A DNA stretch of 64,000 nt from Micavibrio sp. (GTDB lineage: Bacteria > Pseudomonadota > Alphaproteobacteria > Micavibrionales > UBA9664). The translations under genes were made by a program, and so were the position numbers. Location: NCBI GenBank assembly GCA_002699085.1, contig PAAR01000029.1:1249-65248 (forward strand), written 5' to 3'. Of this stretch, positions 10,159 to 19,717 are shown piece by piece (the first letter of the stretch is position 1; each line of letters starts with the position of its first letter). The notes beneath the pieces are model-generated. The model ran no database searches, was not told the DNA's origin, and was given only the letters and a program-made list of their open reading frames with translations.

Positions 10159-11256
10159 ATGGGTAAAAAAGACGACGTTAAAGAAGACTTCGATGTAATT
10201 GAATGTGCTGGCTCAGCCCTCAAAGGCGGCTTAATTGGCACATTTATTCTAGCCGTTAAAAATGATCCTTTTGGTGGATCAAGTAATGTATTCGAATATT
10301 TTACAGCTATCTTAAATTTTTCTAATTGGCCTGTATCTGTCTATGACCAATATGTTAGCAGCATCAGCAATGCTTTTGAGAATGCCTCAAGCGGTGATGT
10401 TTCGGATATGGCACTATGGATAGGCGGTGGTGCAGCTCTAGTCAGCGGTGTAAATGCCATCGGACAGAAATACCCTTTTGTTAGAAAAGCCATCGACACC
10501 GCAACCACAGCACCGTTGAGCCTAGTAGAAACACCAATAAGAATAGCGGCTGCGCCTATAGCGGCAATCGCCGCTGTTATGATCGTCAACCAAGACGGCA
10601 CTGGGGATGGGTGGTTTAATTATATACGTCATATCGCAACCAACCCTTATACTCTGACAGCAATCGGTGGTGGTGCAACGCTCGGCTTTTTCTTCACAAA
10701 TTCAGTCTATAAAGCGGCTACAGCGCCTATTAGTCTGGCAATCGCTGCTTTTAAATATAATCTTCTTAAACTGCGTAACCCCGAAAACAATACCTATAAA
10801 AAAATGTGGGAAAATGTTCAGTGGTCGGTCAGCCATAATACAAAGAAATATCTTGCGACAACCCTACTTGCGACGACAACATTGGTTGGCTTAACCTGTG
10901 GTATGCAGGCTGGCTATCACCTCAATCAAACCCCCGAAATGATTGAAGCGCTGACGGCTCATACAGAATGGGGCACGCCAATTAACACAATGCTCACATC
11001 ATTCAACCATGCCGCTGAGTTTTTACGGGCTACTATTATTCAACCCCTCGCTAAAGATTGGTTAGGACCAAAAATCATTGGTCAAGAAATCCCATGGGAA
11101 GAAAAGAAGATCATGCTGGCTGCCACAGGTATATTCACCGCAATTGGTTTCGGTCTTGGTTGGGTAGGACAAAAACTAGCCTTTAATATCAAAGACGAAG
11201 AAAATGCCTATCATCGTTTTCATGGCAAAGGACCTACAACGCTCGTTATGCGTTAG
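10159..11256 (+). CDS. hypothetical Gly/Ala-rich polytopic membrane protein (orphan)
   Basis: 365-aa ORF preceded by an AT-rich spacer. It has several hydrophobic Gly/Ala-rich segments. I recognise no family motif. Confidence 0.6.
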   Translation: MGKKDDVKEDFDVIECAGSALKGGLIGTFILAVKNDPFGGSSNVFEYFTAILNFSNWPVSVYDQYVSSISNAFENASSGDVSDMALWIGGGAALVSGVNAIGQKYPFVRKAIDTATTAPLSLVETPIRIAAAPIAAIAAVMIVNQDGTGDGWFNYIRHIATNPYTLTAIGGGATLGFFFTNSVYKAATAPISLAIAAFKYNLLKLRNPENNTYKKMWENVQWSVSHNTKKYLATTLLATTTLVGLTCGMQAGYHLNQTPEMIEALTAHTEWGTPINTMLTSFNHAAEFLRATIIQPLAKDWLGPKIIGQEIPWEEKKIMLAATGIFTAIGFGLGWVGQKLAFNIKDEENAYHRFHGKGPTTLVMR

Positions 11257-11359
11257 GCATAGTCTTAATAACGCCCGTAGAATGTTTTTATTGCTATAAT
11301 ATGAAAAACTTGCTATTGGCATAATTATAAAATTTCGTAAACCTATAAGGAGAATTAAA

Positions 11360-12457
11360 GTGGTATTTGGACTAGGAAAAAAGGAAATTAAATCATTCGA
11401 AGATGGTTTGGATTTAGTCGCCTTGCAAGCACGACGTAAAATAAACTTTCGTCAAGATGATCTAGAAAAAATGATCTCCTTTGCCATTGATGAACTCATT
11501 GATGACCGCAATGATGCTGGTAAAAACATTAAGTCATTAACACGTATTTTTGGTTATACAAAAGCAGGCTTAAGTCTACCTTATATTGGCCGCCTAGCTG
11601 CTGCAATCGGATTACTTGGTATTGAATATGCACTTATTGCTAACCATAAAATACAAACTTTAGCTTTAAGTGGTATTGAGTTAAATGCCTCTAATACAAT
11701 CATCGCAGCAATTTCTGCTGCAACTATGACAGTTGCAACAGGTCTTTTTAAAGTTGGTTATGATGCAATGGATAAAGATCAGTGGTTAAGAGGATCACTT
11801 TTGTCTATGGGAGGACTTTCTGTTCCACTTATTCTCGCTTCTAATGGTTATAACCCTGTGCTTATACCCGCAGCTATCTTATCTGGTATCGTTTTCTCTT
11901 CTGCTTTTAAAAAAGACAGTGATCTAAAAAACGCCTTAGACACGCTTACCGCTATGAGTCTGCGTGGTGCAGCTGATGAAGCACGTGCGGAAATTTCTGA
12001 AACTTTTCTTAAGCATTCAGGTGCCACTCTAAATATACCAGAAGCGCCGCAAGCACCTGCAAAAGAAAAATATCCTCCATATCCAATTCTAGACTCAAGA
12101 ATCAAGGACGACGCCAGAAGAGATAAAGCCTTTGAAACAGCCAAAAGGATTTATGAATCGGAAGTAGAAGCCATCAACAAAGATTATAAATTGGCAGTAG
12201 AATCATACACAGAAGCTGTCGCCGCTTATAACGATGAAATGGCACTATACACTGAGCGCACAGGTAAAAATGCTAATCCTTTTAACACTTTTATGGATGT
12301 GTTAAACGCTGCCTATCAAGCTGTTCTTGATGACCGCGGGCTAATTACTAGCAATACAGCGGCGCCAGATGATGAATTTACGCTATATAACTCCAATATC
12401 GTTACTGAAGAAGATATCAAAGCGGTATTCAATCCTTCCAAACCACCTAAACCGTAA
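11360..12457 (+). CDS. hypothetical membrane protein with C-terminal coiled-coil-like region (orphan)
   Basis: 365-aa ORF with a GTG start and an AAGGAG RBS. It has central hydrophobic helices and a charged C-terminal half ending ...NPSKPPKP. Confidence 0.6.
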   Translation: MVFGLGKKEIKSFEDGLDLVALQARRKINFRQDDLEKMISFAIDELIDDRNDAGKNIKSLTRIFGYTKAGLSLPYIGRLAAAIGLLGIEYALIANHKIQTLALSGIELNASNTIIAAISAATMTVATGLFKVGYDAMDKDQWLRGSLLSMGGLSVPLILASNGYNPVLIPAAILSGIVFSSAFKKDSDLKNALDTLTAMSLRGAADEARAEISETFLKHSGATLNIPEAPQAPAKEKYPPYPILDSRIKDDARRDKAFETAKRIYESEVEAINKDYKLAVESYTEAVAAYNDEMALYTERTGKNANPFNTFMDVLNAAYQAVLDDRGLITSNTAAPDDEFTLYNSNIVTEEDIKAVFNPSKPPKP

Positions 12458-12491
12458 AAGACTCATTAGATAGTTAAAAGGAACTTTGTAA

Positions 12492-14369
12492 ATGGCACGC
12501 GAAAGAATATCACGAAGAAGCACTTCTCAAAGAAATACTAGAAGATCATCTACTAACTCTGCACGTCAAAGACAACGTAATATGAGAAGTCGCAATAGCA
12601 CCTCAAACAGCTTTGGGAGCGCTGCATCAAAATTCACAGCTGGAACAACGGCAATTATTGCAATAACGCTTACTGGCATTCACTTTTATCAACAAGGTTT
12701 AGATCATACAGTAAAGCTTTCTGGTGGCAGTATTCCTTTTATGTCAGAAGTGACATATGAAGCAGAAATCAGACAAAATCCGAGCTATTTCTTACCTGAC
12801 GAGATCCTAGGTCGCCAAGTGCCTGCTCTCTCTAAAAGTGACTTGAGACTATTAGGTAGAGAGCAATACCAAGCTATTGATGACCTGATGACAATTGGAC
12901 GACACAATAGCGATTACAAAAATGGTGTCACCTATGTTGATTTATCTGATAGCTTTAGAAAATGGCTCGAAGTTAACTATAAAGGTGATTTAGCGATCAT
13001 TTACGATGAACCATTTAAAGACCTCACACCAAAAGAAGCTCGTACTGTTATCGCAATTTTTCTAGCTTCTGCTAATAGTACATCAGAATTTAATGAACGT
13101 TATGATTATTTCTATGATGTCATTCGGAATTATCAAAAGCAGAATGTCTATCCATTTGCAGATAAAAACGGCAAAGATCTTATCGGATTAGCACTTTGGT
13201 CAAAAAACGTTCCTTTTGCAGATCTATACAGACGCCAAGATGGTTTTGGCCTAGGCGCCTTATACCGGGAAGCATGGGCACGATTCAAAGATAATAATCC
13301 TGGTCTTGCTGGCGCCATCAACGATGTTGATTCATCGACATTTGATGATTCACGTCCTGGTGAAATTATTCTTGGTGACAAGTCCATTTTATTCCAGCCA
13401 GACTTCAAAGATTTCAGCGCAAGTCTAGCAGAAATAGGCATACCAACGACATCTTCTACTGTGCTCAGTACATCAATGGATGTTCTTTCACAACGCTGGA
13501 GAACATATAAAACAACAGAAAAACCTGAACACCTATTACGTTATAACGATAATGTATTAGCAACATGGTTTGCCGCTGCAACTTATATGGGCACAGAGGA
13601 TACACGTGCCGCAGAGCAAACTATTGCTGCACGTAACCTGATTGCCCTTGATTTAGGTGAATATGCTGTTGACGGTACTACCATACGTGGTGGTGAGAAC
13701 TATGATATTATTGAAGGCTATAAAGATGCATCTTTCGCAGGCTTTGGAAATATTTGGATTGCTTCTGGCAGAACGCCTGTAACAAGTTTCGACAATAATT
13801 TCAGAATTAACCTAAACAACTCTTTTCAAACTGTTATCAAAATGACTGACACATCTGGTTACAATATTAAGAGTCAATTTGATATCAATGTAAAACCACA
13901 ACTTGCAGCCATATCAACAACCTTACAAAACCCAGCGTTTAATAATTTTAGACTGCCGAATGGCCGTATTGACTGGGCAAGGGAAGAAGTAAGAGATTTC
14001 TTTAAACAGGCTGCTGATATCTCGGGTGCACCGATACTTGAATATATTGACCTGAATATTGATGTTTTAAATACTGACGGACGCTTTATGGCTGCACAGC
14101 CAGTCATTAATAAACTTACACCTTATTATGGCTTGAAAGAGAATGAAATATCGCGGGCTAGAAATTCTATGTGGGGTAACTTAACGGATCAAGCTGATAC
14201 ATTACGAAAATCCACATTAGCTGACACATATCCTGCCCAGGTTGATGCGTTGGCCCGTGGTTTAGAACAAGCTAGAATTTTGTTAGACCCTTCTTCCATT
14301 GCTATAACATTACAGGAAAGAGAAAACAAAAAAGAAGACGTTCAACCAGCAACACCAAAACCTAATTAG
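12492..14369 (+). CDS. hypothetical protein with Arg/Ser-rich N-terminus and one TM helix (orphan)
   Basis: 625-aa ORF. The N-terminal ~45 aa are RS-rich (RRSTSQRNTRRSSTNSARQRQRNMRSRNS), followed by one hydrophobic helix and a large unknown domain. The C-terminus is ...KKEDVQPATPKPN. Confidence 0.6.
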   Translation: MARERISRRSTSQRNTRRSSTNSARQRQRNMRSRNSTSNSFGSAASKFTAGTTAIIAITLTGIHFYQQGLDHTVKLSGGSIPFMSEVTYEAEIRQNPSYFLPDEILGRQVPALSKSDLRLLGREQYQAIDDLMTIGRHNSDYKNGVTYVDLSDSFRKWLEVNYKGDLAIIYDEPFKDLTPKEARTVIAIFLASANSTSEFNERYDYFYDVIRNYQKQNVYPFADKNGKDLIGLALWSKNVPFADLYRRQDGFGLGALYREAWARFKDNNPGLAGAINDVDSSTFDDSRPGEIILGDKSILFQPDFKDFSASLAEIGIPTTSSTVLSTSMDVLSQRWRTYKTTEKPEHLLRYNDNVLATWFAAATYMGTEDTRAAEQTIAARNLIALDLGEYAVDGTTIRGGENYDIIEGYKDASFAGFGNIWIASGRTPVTSFDNNFRINLNNSFQTVIKMTDTSGYNIKSQFDINVKPQLAAISTTLQNPAFNNFRLPNGRIDWAREEVRDFFKQAADISGAPILEYIDLNIDVLNTDGRFMAAQPVINKLTPYYGLKENEISRARNSMWGNLTDQADTLRKSTLADTYPAQVDALARGLEQARILLDPSSIAITLQERENKKEDVQPATPKPN

Positions 14370-14382
14370 CACGCCATTTCGA

Positions 14383-15540
14383 TTGCAATTCGATCCAAGA
14401 TTGCCTATTTGTATAGGGATGCAGGATCATTCTTTATTGAAATGGGATAAACAGGCCCTTCTTGGACTATGCCAACGTTTAGGCAGCCCTTCTATCCTAT
14501 TTTGGACACTCCCTGCTTTAATGTTGCTTCTATTGGCTGGAACCATCTCACAGAAATATTTAGGTCTTTACGTTTCTATTCATCAATTTTTTGATAGCTG
14601 GATCATATGGCTATTTGGCATGATACCCTTGCCAGGCTTTTATCCAATCATGATTGTGTTTAGCACCAATCTGCTCTTCCGTTTTATTTTCCGTAGCCCA
14701 TGGTCATGGCAAAAAGCTGGCCTGCATATGGCACATTTCGGTGTTTTAGTCCTTGTTATTGGCGGGCTTTTCACCTCTTTAAGTGCTGAAGAAGGCTTTT
14801 TAGCGATTAAGGAAGGTGAATCCAATCAATATGTTTCCGACTATCACAAGCGTGTGTTGGTTTTATTTGACGGTGATACAACTCTCCAAAGCGTAGATTT
14901 CAAAAAACTAGCAAAACATCAAGAACAAAAAATTGGCCCATTCACATTAGTGATCCAAAATAAATGCAGAAACTGTGAGATTACAGCACGTACAGAGAAC
15001 GTACAGGAAACAAAATCTCAAAAGAAATCGATGGCTCAATTTATGGCCTTAAGTGATAAGCCGCTCGAAAAAGAAGATGAGCTTAATATGTCTGGCCTGA
15101 GCTTCACCGTTAATAATGAAGAATATATCGCTTTTGAAGGCATGCCAAAACCGATAACTTTACAGGCAGACAATAAAGACTATCAGTTGCTCTTTGGCAA
15201 AGATCAACGAGCATTACCCTTTACGCTCAGATTAGAAAAGTTCACACAAGACAATTATCCAGGTAGCGACACTGCCCGTAATTATAGCTCAGATATTATT
15301 ATTGTAGACGGTAAATCAAAAATTGAGGCACAGATATCAATGAACAAACCACTTCGCTACAAAGGGTATAGCTTCTATCAATCCTCTTATGAACGTACAC
15401 CAGACGAAATCTACAGCATTCTAACCGTCGTTGAAAATAAAGGACGCATTTTCCCATATATAGCCTGCCTAATTATTGGTTTAGGCCTTCTGTACCATGC
15501 ATTTATGAATTACCCCAGAACGAAGGAGACGAGGTCTTGA
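14383..15540 (+). CDS. resB: System II cytochrome c biogenesis protein ResB/Ccs1 (short form)
   Basis: N-terminal TM helices plus a C-terminal ResB signature (DNYPGSDTARNYSSDIIIVDG...MNKPLRYKGYSFYQSSY) and a final TM. The start is ambiguous (TTG 14383 or ATG 14419). Confidence 0.7.
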   Translation: MQFDPRLPICIGMQDHSLLKWDKQALLGLCQRLGSPSILFWTLPALMLLLLAGTISQKYLGLYVSIHQFFDSWIIWLFGMIPLPGFYPIMIVFSTNLLFRFIFRSPWSWQKAGLHMAHFGVLVLVIGGLFTSLSAEEGFLAIKEGESNQYVSDYHKRVLVLFDGDTTLQSVDFKKLAKHQEQKIGPFTLVIQNKCRNCEITARTENVQETKSQKKSMAQFMALSDKPLEKEDELNMSGLSFTVNNEEYIAFEGMPKPITLQADNKDYQLLFGKDQRALPFTLRLEKFTQDNYPGSDTARNYSSDIIIVDGKSKIEAQISMNKPLRYKGYSFYQSSYERTPDEIYSILTVVENKGRIFPYIACLIIGLGLLYHAFMNYPRTKETRS

Positions 15541-17306
15541 AACAATTATTTCTCCTTTTAGCTTTTATTTTATGCAGTTTCAGCTGGCCTACTATTGCAA
15601 AAGAGGCACCTATAGATATTCACGGATTAGGGAATATACCCGTTCTACATGAAGGCCGCATCAAACCTATTTCAGAGCTTGCCTTATCTGAATTCAAAAA
15701 TATCAGTGGACATAGCCAATTAGGCGAAATGGACGCAATAGACTGGTTAGCACTCACGCTTTTTTCTCCCGCAGAATCGGTAGAAATACCTGTTATTAAA
15801 CTTGCACCTTCTACAAAGCAGAAACTCAACCTTGATCCAGACACATCTTATTTCAGCCTAAAGAATACGCTCGATCCACTTTTAGGAACCTTAGAAGAAG
15901 CAGAAACATTACAGAAAAAGAAAAAGCTGACCAAGCAGGAGAAGTCTCTCCTAAAAGCACAGGATAAAGTTTTTATATACAATCAACTCTTACGCAGCCT
16001 ATCACTGGTCTTGCCACTTAATGTACGTACGCCAGAATCATTCGCAAAAAGCACATACAGCCTGAGCTATCTTGAGCTTTTAAAAATGGACTCAGAGCTA
16101 CAAAGTCTAGCAAAAGCAATTGGCACACCGATTAACCAAGAAGAAAAAGACCTCGTTATATTAGCACAACAAACACGTATTATTGCTAAAGGTGGAGAAG
16201 ACAATGTGTTCTTTAAGATCATGCCGCCACAATGGCAACAAGACGGTGATCGCTGGTATTCTCCATGGGAACAGATCAATCTCGGCACCGGCAGCCCAGA
16301 GAGCCAAGACTACTTACGTCTATGGCAAAGCTTGGCTCGTGCCTACATAACACATAACCAATCACTATGGGATGAAACGATTGAGAAGATGCAACCTTTT
16401 ATTGCACCTTACCAATCTCGTATAAAGGCAGAGCAATTTTACACACGTACAGATCCTTTTTACTGGTCACAGATTGCGTACGGCTTATGCTTGTTTTTCG
16501 TCCTTTTATGGCTAGGCTTTAAAAAAGAAATGTTTTGGCGACCTGCCATATTTAGTTTCTCTATAGCCATTATTTTGCATGTTTTTGGTCTTGGTTTGCA
16601 TATGTATATATTAGAACGTGCCCCCGTTGCGACGCTAGGCGAAAGCCTTATCTTTGTTTCGTTGTGTACAGCCATTATCGCTGGTTTTACTGAGCGAAAA
16701 GCGTGGCTTAATCATTCTATCGCACTCGGTATTGGTGCTTTCTGTGCTTTTGGGCTTCTTTCAACAGCAGCAGCGATTGACGCAACCGTTGGTAGTAAGC
16801 ATGTCCTCGCAGCCGTTTTAAATAGCAATTTCTGGCTCGGTACACATGTTATTATTATCACATTAGGCTATGCAGCCACGTTAATGACAGCTTTTTACGC
16901 ACATTACATACTCTATATACAAGAAAAACCGAATAAACTCATAGGCTTTATGGCTATATCAGCCCTTTGCCTCATGACCATAGGCACTATTCTAGGCGGC
17001 ATATGGGCTGACCAATCTTGGGGACGGTTTTGGGGTTGGGATCCTAAAGAAAACGGGGCTCTGCTGATTATTTTATGGTTGATATGGATATTACATGGTC
17101 GTTTAAGTGGGCACTTGAAAAACAAGCAATTTATTGCAGGTTTAGCTGCCTCAAATATTATGCTCGCCCTCTCATGGTTTGGCGTCAATTTACTGGGTGT
17201 TGGCTTACATGCTTATGGCTTTTTTGAAGGCTGGGGGCTTGCTTTAGCTAGCTTCTGTACGTTAGAAATAGTCTTTATTGGCTTTCTATGGAGGCGATAT
17301 TCGTGA
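15537..17306 (+). CDS. ccsA: System II cytochrome c biogenesis protein CcsA/ResC with long N-terminal periplasmic extension
   Basis: WWD heme-handling motif WGRFWGWDPKENGAL in a polytopic C-terminal half. The N-terminal ~300 aa are a signal peptide plus a soluble region. The TTG start overlaps the resB stop (TTGA). Confidence 0.85.
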   Translation: MKQLFLLLAFILCSFSWPTIAKEAPIDIHGLGNIPVLHEGRIKPISELALSEFKNISGHSQLGEMDAIDWLALTLFSPAESVEIPVIKLAPSTKQKLNLDPDTSYFSLKNTLDPLLGTLEEAETLQKKKKLTKQEKSLLKAQDKVFIYNQLLRSLSLVLPLNVRTPESFAKSTYSLSYLELLKMDSELQSLAKAIGTPINQEEKDLVILAQQTRIIAKGGEDNVFFKIMPPQWQQDGDRWYSPWEQINLGTGSPESQDYLRLWQSLARAYITHNQSLWDETIEKMQPFIAPYQSRIKAEQFYTRTDPFYWSQIAYGLCLFFVLLWLGFKKEMFWRPAIFSFSIAIILHVFGLGLHMYILERAPVATLGESLIFVSLCTAIIAGFTERKAWLNHSIALGIGAFCAFGLLSTAAAIDATVGSKHVLAAVLNSNFWLGTHVIIITLGYAATLMTAFYAHYILYIQEKPNKLIGFMAISALCLMTIGTILGGIWADQSWGRFWGWDPKENGALLIILWLIWILHGRLSGHLKNKQFIAGLAASNIMLALSWFGVNLLGVGLHAYGFFEGWGLALASFCTLEIVFIGFLWRRYS

Positions 17307-17842
17307 AAATTAATTTTTGGCTACTTTTAGGTGCCACCATTATTGGTTTAGGTCTTGGTGTATTACTACAAGACTTTAATCCATTCATACCAAAACCGCC
17401 TATTAAGGAGGATATCCAAACAGGCAAGACAGTCCCAGACTTCGCCTTTACCGACCTCTTTGGTAAAGACTACAATATTAAAGATCTTCGTGGCAAAACA
17501 GTTTTGCTTAATTTCTGGGCTAGCTGGTGCCCTCCCTGCATTATTGAATTTCCTGATCTTGTTAAACGTGCACGCAACGATGAAAACATCGTCTTTCTGG
17601 CAGTTTCGACTGATTACCGTGTCGAGAATATGGAGAAATTTTTAGCGAAACAAAATCTATTAAAAGCCCCTACCGAACGGATTATCTTAGTCCATGATAC
17701 TGACAAAACAATCACTCAAGACTTGTTCCAAACATATCGTTTGCCTGAAACGATCATCATTAACGACAAAGGTGAAATGGTTGAGAAAATTGCAGGGGCG
17801 ATTGAATGGCTAGACAAAGAGCTTCCTACCCCCTCAAGATAA
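17303..17842 (+). CDS. TlpA/ResA-like thiol:disulfide oxidoreductase
   Basis: N-terminal membrane anchor and thioredoxin motif WASWCPPC. GTG 17303 (GGAGG RBS, GTGA overlap with the ccsA stop) is preferred over ATG 17288. Confidence 0.85.
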   Translation: MKINFWLLLGATIIGLGLGVLLQDFNPFIPKPPIKEDIQTGKTVPDFAFTDLFGKDYNIKDLRGKTVLLNFWASWCPPCIIEFPDLVKRARNDENIVFLAVSTDYRVENMEKFLAKQNLLKAPTERIILVHDTDKTITQDLFQTYRLPETIIINDKGEMVEKIAGAIEWLDKELPTPSR

Positions 17843-19015
17843 CGTATAAAGTGGCAGTAAGATAACAAACCGTGCGCCTTCTTCCACTTTGTTGTCAAGC
17901 TGAATAGAGCCACCCCAGCTTTTAATTAAAGCCTGCACCAATGACAGCCCTAAACCAGTGCCATGGCCAATAGATTTAGTTGTAAAGAATGGATTAAATA
18001 TCTTCTCGGCAATGGAACGGGGTACACCTGGACCATTATCTTCAATAATGATCTTAGCATAATGAGTCTGCGGCTGATCTGTTGGCTCAGTATCCATATG
18101 CAGGCCATAAAAAGCCCTTTCAGAGGGCTTTATATAGCATTGCACTAATTTTATTTGCACAGCTCCCTTATATTCTACAGCTTGAATCGCATTATTAATA
18201 AGGTTACTCAACACACGGAATAAATCCGTGTCACTAAGATGCACAAAAGACTCTTCCAAACCTTCTCGCTCAATATCAATGGTAAGTTGGACTGATTTCG
18301 GACTCATGTCCTGAATAAATTTAAGCTTCTCTTCAAACAAACCCAAAAGATGGTGGCTCTCAAAAGATATTTCTTCTTCTTGATGTGAAAACTTCAATAC
18401 ATCACTCATAATATGAGCAGCCTTACTGGCGCAATCAACAATCTTTGATGCCTCAATAATCACGGCCTTATCTTGTGACTGTTCAATAATATTCTCTGCT
18501 TTAAATAAGATAGGCTGCAATAAATTATTCAATTCATGCGCCAAGCCAGTGGCCATATGCCCCAATGCCTCCATTTTATGTTGCTGTTTGCGCGCAATCA
18601 GTTCAGCCTGCTCACGGTGACGTTCCAATACTTGTCGAATGGAACGTTCCAATAAAGACGGCGTTACCTCTCTTTTCAAAATATACTCATAAATTCCACT
18701 ATGTATGGCTTCTTCGACATAGCGCATACGATCATGGTGAGTTAGCATAATAAAAGGGATCGTTTGCCCTCTATTTTTAGCCTGCTGAACCAGTTTTGTA
18801 CCGTTCTCTGTATCAAGACTATAATCAACGAAACAAAGATCAAAAGCCCGCTCCTCTAGCATCTGTAACGCCGAATGAAAGGTCTTTGCCCAAGAAAGCT
18901 GATAACGCCCCTTTAAATGAGATGTTTTAAAGGCTTGCTGAAATAAGCGATGATCTACAGGACAATCCTCCACAAGCAATACCGACAAAGGCATATCTGA
19001 CATTTGTGGAATCAT
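17834..19015 (-). CDS. hybrid sensor: N-terminal receiver domain + HisKA/HATPase histidine kinase
   Basis: REC-like N-terminus (VLLVEDCPVD...FVDYSLD), H-box GLAHELNNLLQPI, and ATPase N/G boxes (NLINNAIQA, DNGPGV, GHGTGLGLS). Confidence 0.85.
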   Translation of the reverse strand: MIPQMSDMPLSVLLVEDCPVDHRLFQQAFKTSHLKGRYQLSWAKTFHSALQMLEERAFDLCFVDYSLDTENGTKLVQQAKNRGQTIPFIMLTHHDRMRYVEEAIHSGIYEYILKREVTPSLLERSIRQVLERHREQAELIARKQQHKMEALGHMATGLAHELNNLLQPILFKAENIIEQSQDKAVIIEASKIVDCASKAAHIMSDVLKFSHQEEEISFESHHLLGLFEEKLKFIQDMSPKSVQLTIDIEREGLEESFVHLSDTDLFRVLSNLINNAIQAVEYKGAVQIKLVQCYIKPSERAFYGLHMDTEPTDQPQTHYAKIIIEDNGPGVPRSIAEKIFNPFFTTKSIGHGTGLGLSLVQALIKSWGGSIQLDNKVEEGARFVILLPLYTLS

Positions 19016-19018
19016 AAA

Positions 19019-19393
19019 TTATGCTGGCTCGAGAAGTAGATCATTTACTGCCCCAATAAATTGCTGCCGCGTGAAAGGTTTCTTGAGGCTACGGTGCCCC
19101 TTAATCTGTGCCAAAGAGGTTGAAAAACTAGCACTAATCAATGGACCACCGCCTGATATTGCTAAAAATTTTGACTTATCATGCTTGGCTTTGGCCATAC
19201 GTATCACATCAAAACCATTACGAAATGGCATCATAATATCGGTAATCACCAAATCATACTGACCACCCTCTAAATAGTCCTCAGCATCCAAACCATCATG
19301 CGCTGCATGCGTAATATGCCCAAGACTTTGTAATGTGGTTTGCAAGCTCTCACGCGTCTCTTCAACATCTTCAACAACTAATATTCGTGCCAT
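19019..19393 (-). CDS. single-domain CheY-like response regulator
   Basis: 124 aa. RILVVEDVEETR, the phospho-acceptor context LVITDIMMP and KKPF. Confidence 0.85.
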   Translation of the reverse strand: MARILVVEDVEETRESLQTTLQSLGHITHAAHDGLDAEDYLEGGQYDLVITDIMMPFRNGFDVIRMAKAKHDKSKFLAISGGGPLISASFSTSLAQIKGHRSLKKPFTRQQFIGAVNDLLLEPA

Positions 19394-19717
19394 AATATCT
19401 CCTTTGTTATGATAAAATTACCATAGCTTAGAGACGTGAAGAACAACCGCACACAGACGTGTTCTCTGGGTATAGAGTAATAATATTTTAAAAGTTTGAC
19501 AGATTATACTGAACTGTGTATCTTCCGCTTCATTACTGGTTAGCGTTTGGCTTATCCAATATTGATATCGACAAATTCCCCTGATAAATCCAAAGTCCTT
19601 TAGAGGCTCCACTGGTCAGAGAAGAATTTATCGGCAGATATATTCTTCTCAAACTCTCACCACAATATTAACGTTTAAACACATCATCTTTTATAAAAAG
19701 GATGAAGAAAGAAAACT

